Source: an uncultured bacterium (GTDB lineage: Bacteria > Patescibacteriota > Minisyncoccia > Minisyncoccales > UBA5738). Taken from it: a DNA stretch of 64,000 nt. The DNA is taken from NCBI GenBank assembly GCA_903847095.1, contig CAINCQ010000024.1, positions 16,628 to 80,627 on the forward strand, in the 5' to 3' direction. Made by a program: the position numbers and the translations under genes. Shown here in pieces: positions 35,626 to 44,079 of the stretch. How positions within the stretch are numbered: position 1 is the first letter of the stretch; each line of letters opens with the position of its first letter. The notes under the pieces were generated by a model. That model was given only the letters and a program-made list of their open reading frames with translations, was not told where the DNA came from and ran no database searches.

Positions 35626-35979
35626 ATGGTAAAAGCCAAGCCAGGTTTACATGAAGGTTTAGTGACCGGTATGGTCCAGTGGGTGATATTCAGAAGCTCA
35701 ATACCTCCCGACGGCGACGGAAGAAAATATGAGTCTGCGGCCATGAAGAAAGGAATAAAAAATTCGGACGCAAAGCTGCATCTTTTCGATTTGCTTCTTG
35801 AAGGCAGATATCCGCCACCCGACGTATGCGCTAAAGTTCTCGCCGGGGATTATTCAAACATATGGCATTTTGCCAACACTTACTTTGGGGATGGATTTGG
35901 CTTTGATGTGGTTGAATCCGTTCCGATAGCGCCTAGCGATACAAAATATGAAACCATGATCAAGGAGGGGATAAAATAA
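35626..35979 (+). CDS. Hypothetical protein (117 aa)
   Basis: TTGACA at 35570 and an AAAGGTGA RBS-like sequence. A terminator hairpin overlaps the stop. Confidence 0.55.
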   Translation: MVKAKPGLHEGLVTGMVQWVIFRSSIPPDGDGRKYESAAMKKGIKNSDAKLHLFDLLLEGRYPPPDVCAKVLAGDYSNIWHFANTYFGDGFGFDVVESVPIAPSDTKYETMIKEGIK

Positions 35980-35996
35980 CCCCCTTTTTTATTTAC

Positions 35997-36061
35997 TAGC
36001 CAAACAGGCTCTAATGTCGTCCGCCAGGCGGCTCCCTAGGCAGTACGGGAGGGTGTTTTTT
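35997..36061 (+). repeat. Repeat family 1 copy (box A + own terminator hairpin)
   Basis: TAGCCAAACAGGCTCTAATGTCGTCCGCCAGGCGGCTCCCTAGGCAGTACGGGAGGGTGTTTTTT. Confidence 0.75.
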
Positions 36062-36063
36062 GA

Positions 36064-36092
36064 TTGACATTTTCTCTATCTTAATTTATAAT
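36064..36092 (+). promoter_or_regulatory. Consensus sigma70-type promoter TTGACA-N17-TATAAT for the MoxR/VWA pair
   Basis: TTGACA at 36064-36069 and TATAAT at 36087-36092. The ~65-nt leader contains the hairpin CTGCAAA...TTTGCAG, then AAAGGAGG. Confidence 0.7.
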
Positions 36093-36159
36093 GCGGGGCA
36101 GCACTGCAAAATGGGCGTCAGCTTATTTGCAGATTAACAATCAGTAAAGGAGGATTTTG

Positions 36160-37392
36160 ATGGAATCAGAAAAGCCAAACACGGATAGCAATAAGATTGC
36201 CGAAACGTTGAGTTCGATCCGCGAATTGCAGGAACAGCTCAACCGCATGTTCCCTGAAAGGGAAACGCTGATTACCCAGCTCATCTACGCGTTGTTGACG
36301 CGCGAGCATGTGCTGGTATTTGGCACCTACGGGACAGGCAAGTCCCTTCTGATAGGGCGCTTCTTTAAGGCTTTCGTCGGCGGGAAATTCTTTTCCGTCG
36401 AGCTTTCCAAATATATGACGGAAAGCAATCTGATCGGGATGCCTAATCCAAAAAAAATGCGCGAGGAGGGAATTGTCTGGTATGAAACCAAAAATACCAT
36501 GATCGATTCTGACCTTGTGGAGCTTGATGAAGTTCTTGATGCCAATGCTTGTACATTGAGGACAACGTTAGGTATTCTCAACGAGCGGCGTTTTAACAGG
36601 GGTCCGCAGACTGAAATAGCGGTTCTTCATACGGCAGTGGCTTCGACTAATGCCAATCCGGAAGAAGTGGTTCAAAAAACGCCCGCGCTTGGAGCGGTCA
36701 TAGATCGGTTCCTTCTCCAGACCGAGGTAAAATGGCTGGAAGGGGATGAAAGCCGGTGTAAAATGTTAGAACAATATCTCTGTGGTTCGCAGCCGACTGT
36801 CCAGATTCCGTTCGAGGATATCAAGGCGCTTGCCGAGGCGGTGGACCACGTAGAGTTCAACGATCTGGCGATTATAAAACTATACAACCAAATCCTGCAG
36901 GGGTGTAAGAGTAAGATTGGCAGGACGATTTCGGACCGAAGAGCTTGCCAGGCCCTCAAATTGGCGAAGGCAAACGCTTTGCTGTCGGGACGACAGGTAG
37001 TTTCGCCTGATGATCTTTACGCCACTATGTGGGCGTTTTGTTATGGGCATGACGCAAAATCGCAGGAAGAGTTCAAGGCGGTGGCAAAGCCTCTCATTGA
37101 AAAAGCTATGGCTGAATTGCAGCCGGACATGATGAGCACTCAAATGATGCTGCTCGAAGAGCTTGAGAAAAAATTGCTCAACCTTAAATCCGGCAACGGA
37201 AACGGTAATGGCGCGCACACGCCGGAAGAACTTCTCTCAATACATCGCGGTTTGCTCGGATTGCAAAGTAATATCGGGAAAATCCAACCGGGCTATGTGG
37301 CGGTCAAGGAACGCCGTGACCGGCTTCTGACTTCGGTCGGGACTGAAAGCAAGGAAGTAAATAGGCTTATGGCAGGAGAGGTGGCGGTCTGA
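36160..37392 (+). CDS. MoxR/RavA-like AAA+ ATPase
   Basis: Walker A GTYGTGKS, Walker B LVELDEV, the NERRF segment typical of MoxR/RavA, and sensor-1-like VASTN. GGAGG lies 6 nt before the ATG. Confidence 0.8.
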   Translation: MESEKPNTDSNKIAETLSSIRELQEQLNRMFPERETLITQLIYALLTREHVLVFGTYGTGKSLLIGRFFKAFVGGKFFSVELSKYMTESNLIGMPNPKKMREEGIVWYETKNTMIDSDLVELDEVLDANACTLRTTLGILNERRFNRGPQTEIAVLHTAVASTNANPEEVVQKTPALGAVIDRFLLQTEVKWLEGDESRCKMLEQYLCGSQPTVQIPFEDIKALAEAVDHVEFNDLAIIKLYNQILQGCKSKIGRTISDRRACQALKLAKANALLSGRQVVSPDDLYATMWAFCYGHDAKSQEEFKAVAKPLIEKAMAELQPDMMSTQMMLLEELEKKLLNLKSGNGNGNGAHTPEELLSIHRGLLGLQSNIGKIQPGYVAVKERRDRLLTSVGTESKEVNRLMAGEVAV

Positions 37393-37418
37393 CGCCTTCC
37401 TTACCAGCAAATTTTCCT

Positions 37419-38516
37419 TTGACGCTGTTTCAGCTTGAGCTTATCGTAGCAGCCTTGCTGATTCTGTTGCTTATGTTATTAACCGCGAAGTTGTTTGGGA
37501 AGAAACGTGATAAAAAATCCAAACCGCCAGCCAAGAAATCGGATGCCAGATCCGGTGTACTGGATAGTGAATCCGGAAAACCGGATCACGACGGGCTATC
37601 GCAGCAAAGTGCAGAATCGGAGGAGGAACTAGAACGGCGATCCAAGGATAGAAAAGAGCGAGAGGAAGAGGAAAGAAAAAGAAAAGAATTGCTGAGATAC
37701 AAAAAAGTTCAGGTGATCAACGCGAAAGGAGGCATGATTAAATCGTTGCTGGACAAGATACCCGATATGCCAGGCGAGAAGCTCGAAGCTTTATACCTGG
37801 CGACCACACAAGAAGATATCCGCTTCGATCTCAAGGTCGGACAGAAGTCGGAAGTGGTTAATTATCCGACCACGGACATGGAAATTGTACCTCTGGATGA
37901 TCCGTCTCAGCTTCCGGGAGTCTTGCCCATGGACTTGATCTTGGAAGACGAAGCGTTCTATGGCAAGTTAGTTAATGGAGAACTGTTGCATCCGGAGTAT
38001 CGCGAGACATCGACAGAGTTCAAGCGCCTCTATATCCTTTGGGACGTTTCAGCTTCGATGTGGGATTCAATGCGAATGCCGGACGGAGAAACCGGTACCC
38101 GCGATATTTGGGCCCGGGCCGTGATCGCTGGATTGCTGGTCGACGCCGTCAAGGGGCGTGCCGAGTATTTCTTGCGGCCGTTTGCGGAACACCCTCAAGA
38201 ACTGAGGTCAGTTTTTACCAGCGCGGAAGCCGAAAAGCTTTTGTTGTGGATTTTAAACGAAAGTGAAAAAGGTTCATTTACCCATATTGGCATAGCGGTC
38301 GAAACAGCGGTTGAGGATATCCGGAAGCGGCAGAACGCCGAAACCCGGATGAATCACATACTGTGTATTACCGATGGTGCCGATAACGGCGGCCTGACAA
38401 AAGAACAGCTTGAAAAAGCGCTCGGAGAGGATATCAAGCTCCACGTAGTGCTTATTGGTGCTACCTACGGACCCGATCATCCTCTTACGCCTTACGTCAT
38501 GGCGAATTACCAATAA
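37419..38516 (+). CDS. Membrane-anchored von Willebrand factor A (VWA) domain protein (ViaA-like partner)
   Basis: N-terminal TM helix, a highly charged Lys/Glu/Arg linker, and a C-terminal VWA domain with MIDAS DVSASM (DxSxS) and a later ITDGADNG. TTG start 27 nt after the ATPase stop. Confidence 0.7.
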   Translation: MTLFQLELIVAALLILLLMLLTAKLFGKKRDKKSKPPAKKSDARSGVLDSESGKPDHDGLSQQSAESEEELERRSKDRKEREEEERKRKELLRYKKVQVINAKGGMIKSLLDKIPDMPGEKLEALYLATTQEDIRFDLKVGQKSEVVNYPTTDMEIVPLDDPSQLPGVLPMDLILEDEAFYGKLVNGELLHPEYRETSTEFKRLYILWDVSASMWDSMRMPDGETGTRDIWARAVIAGLLVDAVKGRAEYFLRPFAEHPQELRSVFTSAEAEKLLLWILNESEKGSFTHIGIAVETAVEDIRKRQNAETRMNHILCITDGADNGGLTKEQLEKALGEDIKLHVVLIGATYGPDHPLTPYVMANYQ

Positions 38517-38543
38517 ACCGCTTAACACTAAGCGGTTTTTTAA

Positions 38544-38603
38544 TAGCTAAACGGGTTCGCCAGGCGGCCAATCTTCAAAAACCGCCCGTTGGGGAGGTTT
38601 TTG
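38544..38603 (+). repeat. Repeat family 1 copy (shortened box A + B1), preceded by a separate terminator (38514-38541)
   Basis: TAGCTAAACGGGTTCGCCAGGCGGCCAATCTTCAAAAACCGCCCGTTGGGGAGGTTTTTG. Confidence 0.75.
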
Positions 38604-38676
38604 TTAGGCTGGACGCAAACTATCAGGCTCTTGACAAAAACGTAGAAAAATTATATTAAATAGCTGGTGAGTTTCT

Positions 38677-39093
38677 ATGAAACAAGCAGGAGCAATTGAA
38701 ATGGAGCCAAATGAAGTGGCTGAAGACTTTTTTGATGCGTCAAAATGGCGGCAATGCGATGTGATCATCGAGTTCACGAGCGAGAAGCTGAAGCAGCCAA
38801 AAGAAGAAATAAGAACAGAGGGAGGAAGCGGGCCTGTTGTAATTCAGCCGGCCGCAAGCATTGTGGCTTGCGCTATCCATGCGAAGCTGTCGATAGACGC
38901 CGCGCTTGGTAAATTACGGGATTATATCAAAGAACAAAATCCCGAATTGACCGATGAGGATTATGGTTTGAGGATCGGCTGGTACGATCATTTGATGACT
39001 AGCTATCCGTGCAAGGAGGAGATTTTGCACATTTCCGAAAGCGGTTGTGTCTTTCCCCCTTCCCAAGACAAAAAAAGCGTAAAACAAAAATAG
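38677..39093 (+). CDS. Hypothetical protein (138 aa)
   Basis: TTGACA at 38631. Terminator GGGTAA-TTA-TTACCC plus T-run at 39094-39118. Confidence 0.55.
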   Translation: MKQAGAIEMEPNEVAEDFFDASKWRQCDVIIEFTSEKLKQPKEEIRTEGGSGPVVIQPAASIVACAIHAKLSIDAALGKLRDYIKEQNPELTDEDYGLRIGWYDHLMTSYPCKEEILHISESGCVFPPSQDKKSVKQK

Positions 39094-39277
39094 GGTAATT
39101 ATTACCCCCTTTTTTTTACCTTCGATCATGACGCGGATCGCCTTGTAGTTTTTTTTCTTGAAAACCCTTTATATTTCCGGTACGCAGGCACAACCCTCCG
39201 ACCGGAAAATTTAAATTGACTATTTGCTAAAAATTTATTATAATATTAAGCAGTTCATCGTAATTAAGGAGGTTTCA

Positions 39278-40015
39278 ATGGTTAACAAGATTTTGGGATT
39301 GCATGGCCGAAAAGGAGACACGGAGCTGCCGGAGTATTCCGCAAAAGCGATCAAGAATGCTCTTGATCATGGCGGGATCTTTGTTCGGGTTTTCTATGGC
39401 CTTGACCATCGTTTGCGGGCCGGAAGACCAGGCGAAGGCATATATCATTCCCTGGGTTTTATCGGGGAAATCGCCGGAGAAGATAACCGGCCGTTCGTAG
39501 CGGTTTATCCTGTTGTCCAGCCTTCCGATAAAGAGGAGGGCCAGGAAAAATTTCTTGAAACGGCTATGGGCGCGGTTTGGCGGATGAAAGGCCGGAATCT
39601 TGATTTCGGGATATTTTCCCCGGATGAAGGATTGTTAAAATCTTTTTCCCCCGATAATGCCGAAGCTGTTTTTAGGAAAGCCAAGGCCAAAGGAATCAAT
39701 ACCACCGAGGAGCGGATACGAAAGCTGCTTTCGGCGGATAAAGGATTGTTGGCCGGCGGTTTAAAAAGCGAAAACAGGGATCCGGTCGAAGCCGCGAAAA
39801 GCGTCGGAGCAAAGTTTGTTGCCGTTTACGGTAAAGAGTACGATAACGAAGAAATCCAAAAATTGTCGGAAACGGCAAACACCCTTGATATTACACTGAT
39901 CGTGAATATCCAAGCCGATTCTATGCGAGCCAAAGAACTGATAAGATGGGCGTGGATTATTGCCAACGACTCCGAAGCTGCCTATAAATGCGCTTTTCCC
40001 GATACCGAGAGCTGA
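39278..40015 (+). CDS. Hypothetical protein (246 aa), weak resemblance to the glycerophosphodiester-phosphodiesterase-type TIM barrel N-terminus
   Basis: TTGACT-N17-TATAAT at 39216-39244 and AAGGAGG 6 nt before the ATG. LHGRKGDTELPEYSAKAIKNALDHGG loosely recalls HRG..PENT..A...A...GAD. Confidence 0.5.
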   Translation: MVNKILGLHGRKGDTELPEYSAKAIKNALDHGGIFVRVFYGLDHRLRAGRPGEGIYHSLGFIGEIAGEDNRPFVAVYPVVQPSDKEEGQEKFLETAMGAVWRMKGRNLDFGIFSPDEGLLKSFSPDNAEAVFRKAKAKGINTTEERIRKLLSADKGLLAGGLKSENRDPVEAAKSVGAKFVAVYGKEYDNEEIQKLSETANTLDITLIVNIQADSMRAKELIRWAWIIANDSEAAYKCAFPDTES

Positions 40016-40141
40016 AATCCAGCTCCCGTTTTTTTATAAATAGCCAAAATGTTCCCGGGTTTCGTTCCGGAATATTTTTAAAGAAAAAAATTAGGATTGG
40101 GTCGGCTTTATATCGGGAAGGGAAAAGAATATACTTAAAAA

Positions 40142-41368
40142 ATGGTAAAAAACAGAGCTTTAAGGTCATACATGGTTTTGAGATTTTTCTCGGCTTTATT
40201 CTTCGCGGTCATTGTGACCGTTAATTTGGTTTACCAGGCGACGATAGTCGGTTTGAATCCCTTGCAGCTTGTTTTGGTGGGCACGCTTTTGGAATTCGTT
40301 TCGTTTATATTCGAGGTGCCTACCGGGATCGTTGCCGATCTTTATAGCCGAAAATTATCCGTATTGACCGGCGTTGTTTTGGTCGGAGCCGGATTTATGG
40401 TCGAAGGATTGATTCCCGTTTTTTCGACTGTTCTTATCGCGCAAGTCATATGGGGCATCGGTTATACTTTTATCAGCGGAGCGCGCGAAGCCTGGATCGC
40501 CGACGAGGTAGGCGAAATTGACGCGGGAACGGCTTTTATGAAAGGACAGCAAGCCGCCCAGATCGGAACATTTATCGGGATAGCGGCCAGTATGATTTTG
40601 GCAAATATCGATATCAGGGTTCCGATCGTCGTCGGAGGATTTCTTTACGCGGCGCAGGCGATTTTTATCGCGTTATTCATGTCGGAGCGAAATTTTACGC
40701 CAACCCCGGTTCGGAAACGGGAAACCTTTCGGTCGATGAAGGGTATATTTGCCAAAGGGATCGGGTTAATGCGAAGTAGCGAGGTGTTGTTGTTTATAAT
40801 CATTACCGGGGCGGTGTTTGGGGCGTTTAGCGAAGGGTTTGACCGGCTATGGACGCCTTTTATGATCGAGAATTTTATCTTTCCGTCGATCGGAGGCCTA
40901 AAGCCGGTCGTCTGGTTTGGCATCATCAGTATGGTTGCGACAATCTTGAGCACGATCATAACCGAGGTCTTTAAGAAAAAAACCGATGTTTTCGACCACC
41001 GTTCGACGGTAAAAGCGCTGTTTACTGTAAACGCGCTATTGGCTATTTTTGTTATCGGGTTCAGCCAATCCGGCGGTTTTTTGGCGGCAGTATTGCTGTA
41101 TTGGTTTGCCGCGGCGTTCAGGGAAATAAGGGAGCCGCTTTATAATGCGTGGGTGAACCAAAACGTTTCTTCAAACGTAAGGGCTACGGTTTTTTCCATG
41201 TGCAGCCAGGCAAATGCGATCGGTCAGGTTGTTGGCGGACCGATCCTTGGCGTCATTGCCACTTATGTAGCCATAAGAACAGGTATTGTTGCCGCGGCGC
41301 TGATTCTGGTGCCGACGCTTTTCTTTTACGTTTATTCAATAAAAAATCATAAGCTTGCGCCAACCTAG
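40142..41368 (+). CDS. MFS transporter (12 TM)
   Basis: About 12 hydrophobic helices and the conserved loop GIVADLYSRKLSVLTG between TM2 and TM3. Confidence 0.8.
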   Translation: MVKNRALRSYMVLRFFSALFFAVIVTVNLVYQATIVGLNPLQLVLVGTLLEFVSFIFEVPTGIVADLYSRKLSVLTGVVLVGAGFMVEGLIPVFSTVLIAQVIWGIGYTFISGAREAWIADEVGEIDAGTAFMKGQQAAQIGTFIGIAASMILANIDIRVPIVVGGFLYAAQAIFIALFMSERNFTPTPVRKRETFRSMKGIFAKGIGLMRSSEVLLFIIITGAVFGAFSEGFDRLWTPFMIENFIFPSIGGLKPVVWFGIISMVATILSTIITEVFKKKTDVFDHRSTVKALFTVNALLAIFVIGFSQSGGFLAAVLLYWFAAAFREIREPLYNAWVNQNVSSNVRATVFSMCSQANAIGQVVGGPILGVIATYVAIRTGIVAAALILVPTLFFYVYSIKNHKLAPT

Positions 41369-41471
41369 AATGAGACACCGAAAGCCATAGAATCAAAAAT
41401 TAGTTTGACAAGCGGCCTGTTAAATGTAAAAAAGGGGACAGCTCTTGAACAATAAATAAGGAGGCGTGTCT

Positions 41472-41879
41472 ATGGAAAGCGACTGTTTTATCGAAGATTA
41501 CGGGAAGAAAGGCGTATTCAGGCTGGCCCTGGGAAAAGATTCTAGCCTGACGGCTAGAATAATCATCGGCCATTTGAGTCCGGAAAGGGAAGCGTTGATC
41601 GAAGAATTACTTGCGGATTACTCCGGACGCTTGGATATCCGGTTGTCGCAAGAACCTTCAGAGCATCATTTACAGATCATAGGCGATGATATCTGCTTCG
41701 AGAGTCCGCATGGCGCGAACGAGCCGTACGAATATGCCTATATCGTTGAACGCGCGAGCGAAGAAGGAATGCGAATGGCCCGAAAAAAATTTGCGGATCT
41801 GGAAAATCTTACGATACCGATCACGCATCAAGCGGATAAAAAGAGGTGTTTGAATGATTTCGGAAGCCGGATTAAATAA
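41472..41879 (+). CDS. Hypothetical protein (135 aa)
   Basis: TTGACA at 41405. AAGGAGG lies 7 nt before ATG 41472; the track uses the GTG at 41466. Confidence 0.5.
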   Translation: MESDCFIEDYGKKGVFRLALGKDSSLTARIIIGHLSPEREALIEELLADYSGRLDIRLSQEPSEHHLQIIGDDICFESPHGANEPYEYAYIVERASEEGMRMARKKFADLENLTIPITHQADKKRCLNDFGSRIK

Positions 41880-42015
41880 TTTGGAAGGGAAATGTCCTAA
41901 GTGCGGCAAACCGATCAAGGTACGCATATCGTGCGAGCTTACAGGTACGGGTACGGTACGATGCACATATAAAAAAGGCTGTGGCTGGAAAACTGCCGTC
42001 AACATAGATTTTTGA
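41854..42015 (+). CDS. Small zinc-ribbon protein (53 aa; below ORF-track cutoff), overlapping the 3' end of the previous ORF
   Basis: AGAGGTG lies 6 nt upstream. MISEAGLNNLEGKCPKCGKPIKVRISCELTGTGTVRCTYKKGCGWKTAVNIDF, with CxxC...C...C. Confidence 0.4.
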   Translation: MISEAGLNNLEGKCPKCGKPIKVRISCELTGTGTVRCTYKKGCGWKTAVNIDF

Positions 42016-42201
42016 ACAAATTAATTCTGCGCGATAAGGTCGTTAAGAAGCGCCCCGGAAGGCGGATAATGAGGATTAGGATATCCTCTTTTTGTTTGGG
42101 CGTATTTAATCACGAAGCGGTTCTTCGCGTTTTTAGATGAAAGATAGCGCTTGGCGCGCGATGGTAAATTTTAGCGGGTTTTGGTTTATAATAAGGGTAT
42201 C

Positions 42202-43950
42202 ATGAGTAACCGGTTAAAAAATTTTAGCGCCGCTATATTATTGCTGGCCGCCGGTTTTGCCGTGAATGCCAACGCTTTGCAAAACGGTTTTTTGTGGGAT
42301 GACCAAACGCAGGTTGTTAAAAACATCATTATCCGGAGTTGGGAAAATTTACCGGCAATATTCGCTTCGAGTACTTTTTATAATGGTGGAGCGAGTCTTT
42401 CGGGAAGCTTTTACCGTCCCTTAGTTTCTTTTTCTTATCTTTTGAATTATTCCGTTTGGGGGCTTAATCCTTTCGGGTTCCGGCTTTTTCAGATTTTTTT
42501 TCACCTGATCAATATTGTTTTGATCTTCTTTTTGCTGAAAAAGATTTTTTCCGAGGAGGGTATCGGATACGGAGACCAAGCGGCTTTTCTCGCCGCGCTG
42601 ATCTTTGCGGTTCATCCGGCTAACGCGGAGTCGGTTATTTACATTGGCTGTATCGGAGAGATATTTTACGCTTTTTTTATTCTTCTCGCCGCGCTGATTT
42701 TTTTGAACGGCATCGACCGCAACAATAGATCGGTAAAAAATATAAATCTTATTCTGGCTTTTTTGCTTGTTTTCCTGGGCCTGCTTTCCAAAGAAACGGC
42801 AATCGTAATTTTACCGATCTTATTTATCTATCTTTTGCTTTTTACCAGGTCGAAGCTTTCGGTTTACGCCAGATTCTTTTTGGGATGCGGAGCAGTCGGC
42901 GGGGTATATTGGTTTTTAAGATTTTTCGTGGCCAAATTGCCGGCAATGAAATTCCATCTTGCCCCTATCGCTTTGGCGCCGCTTTGGCAAAGGTTATCGA
43001 CCATTCCCTACGAGATCGTTTCTTATCTGGGAATAATCTTTTTTCCCCGCGACCTGTCGATCAGCCGGCAATTCGTTGTGGTTTCGGCGTTTGATCCGAG
43101 ATTCTGGCTGGCATCTTTGTTTTTGGGCGCGAGTTTTACGGCAGTCGTTTTTTATTCGGTTAAAACAAAGTCCAAGGTCGTGCCGTTTTTTTTGCTTTGG
43201 TTTGCGGTAGCGTTGGCGCCGGCGCTGAATATTATTCCGTTGGATATGACCATGGCCGAAAGATGGCTTTATGTACCGGTCATCGGCATACTGGCAATAG
43301 CCGGTCTTTTTTCGGCTTACTTGATAAACGGATTTTCTTTGGCCCACAAAAAGTTTTTCTGCGCAATTATTGCCATATTGCTTGCCGCGCTTGGCGCAAG
43401 GACCATCGTCAGAAATGCCGACTGGAAAGACGGATTGACCTTGTTCGGACACGATTACAAAATTGTTTCCCGGATGTCGCCGCAGGGGAGTTTCGATCTG
43501 GAAAACAATTACGGAGTGGAATTGCTTCGTATCGGACAAACTGACGAAGCCGAGAGGCATTTGACGAAATCGGTTGCTCTCCAGCCAAGGTGGGCTTCAT
43601 CGCAGAACAATCTAGGAGTTGTTTTGGAGCGTCAAGGTGATCTGGAGGGGGCACTCGCGCATTATGGGCAATCGATAAAATCGGGGACGCGATACCAAGC
43701 TTACGAAAATAAAAGCAGTCTTCTTGTCAAGCTTGGGCGATACGATGAGGCTAAGAGTTTTCTTTTAAGATCGCTGTCAAAATTCCCCCAAAACAACAAT
43801 TTAAAATTATATCTGGCCCAGGCATATATCGCCGATAATACAAAAGAAAGCCGGCAGAAAGCACTGGTTTTGATCGCGAAGATCTTGGATAGCGATCCGG
43901 AAAACTTTTCCGCCCGGCAGTTGTATCAAACGATCCAAAACAATCGGTAG
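42202..43950 (+). CDS. Polytopic glycosyltransferase-like membrane protein (PMT/ArnT/TMTC-type) with C-terminal TPR repeats
   Basis: About 11 TM helices, the YRPLVSFSYLLNY motif after TM1, and at least 3 TPR-like repeats at the C-terminus. TATAAT at 42186 suggests a near-leaderless ATG at 42202. Confidence 0.7.
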   Translation: MSNRLKNFSAAILLLAAGFAVNANALQNGFLWDDQTQVVKNIIIRSWENLPAIFASSTFYNGGASLSGSFYRPLVSFSYLLNYSVWGLNPFGFRLFQIFFHLINIVLIFFLLKKIFSEEGIGYGDQAAFLAALIFAVHPANAESVIYIGCIGEIFYAFFILLAALIFLNGIDRNNRSVKNINLILAFLLVFLGLLSKETAIVILPILFIYLLLFTRSKLSVYARFFLGCGAVGGVYWFLRFFVAKLPAMKFHLAPIALAPLWQRLSTIPYEIVSYLGIIFFPRDLSISRQFVVVSAFDPRFWLASLFLGASFTAVVFYSVKTKSKVVPFFLLWFAVALAPALNIIPLDMTMAERWLYVPVIGILAIAGLFSAYLINGFSLAHKKFFCAIIAILLAALGARTIVRNADWKDGLTLFGHDYKIVSRMSPQGSFDLENNYGVELLRIGQTDEAERHLTKSVALQPRWASSQNNLGVVLERQGDLEGALAHYGQSIKSGTRYQAYENKSSLLVKLGRYDEAKSFLLRSLSKFPQNNNLKLYLAQAYIADNTKESRQKALVLIAKILDSDPENFSARQLYQTIQNNR

Positions 43951-44079
43951 GTCGGGGTTATTTGTTTGAGAGATCCAGCCATTAAAAATCCAATCGGGGG
44001 TATTTTGCTACGCGAATTTAATTGACAAAAATCTTTTTTTGGCTATTATCTTGAGTGGAAACAAAAAGGAGGTTTTGGC

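Noticed and set aside
26595-36061. Box A of family 1 as a genuine tRNA 3' half or tRNA pseudogene.
   Set aside because: GGTTCAAAC resembles a T-loop, but the flanking bases cannot form a T-stem (ACAGG versus ATCGT), and no acceptor pairing partner exists. I report it only as tRNA-flank-like sequence similarity.
26595-38603. Family-1 repeats as classical integron attC sites. GTTAGGC/GTTAGAC strings occur at 30702, 34545, 38604 and 47948.
   Set aside because: There is no intI-like gene or attI/Pc arrangement in the window. The cassettes carry their own promoters. The repeats lack the paired R''-L''/L'-R' imperfect palindrome geometry. The GTTRRRY-like strings are not at consistent positions. 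I kept only the looser 'integron-like platform' analogy.
42994-43560. 188-aa minus-strand ORF and several plus-strand alternative-frame ORFs inside 42202-43950.
   Set aside because: They are embedded in the membrane glycosyltransferase/TPR gene, whose hydrophobic-helix periodicity and TPR repeats identify the true frame.
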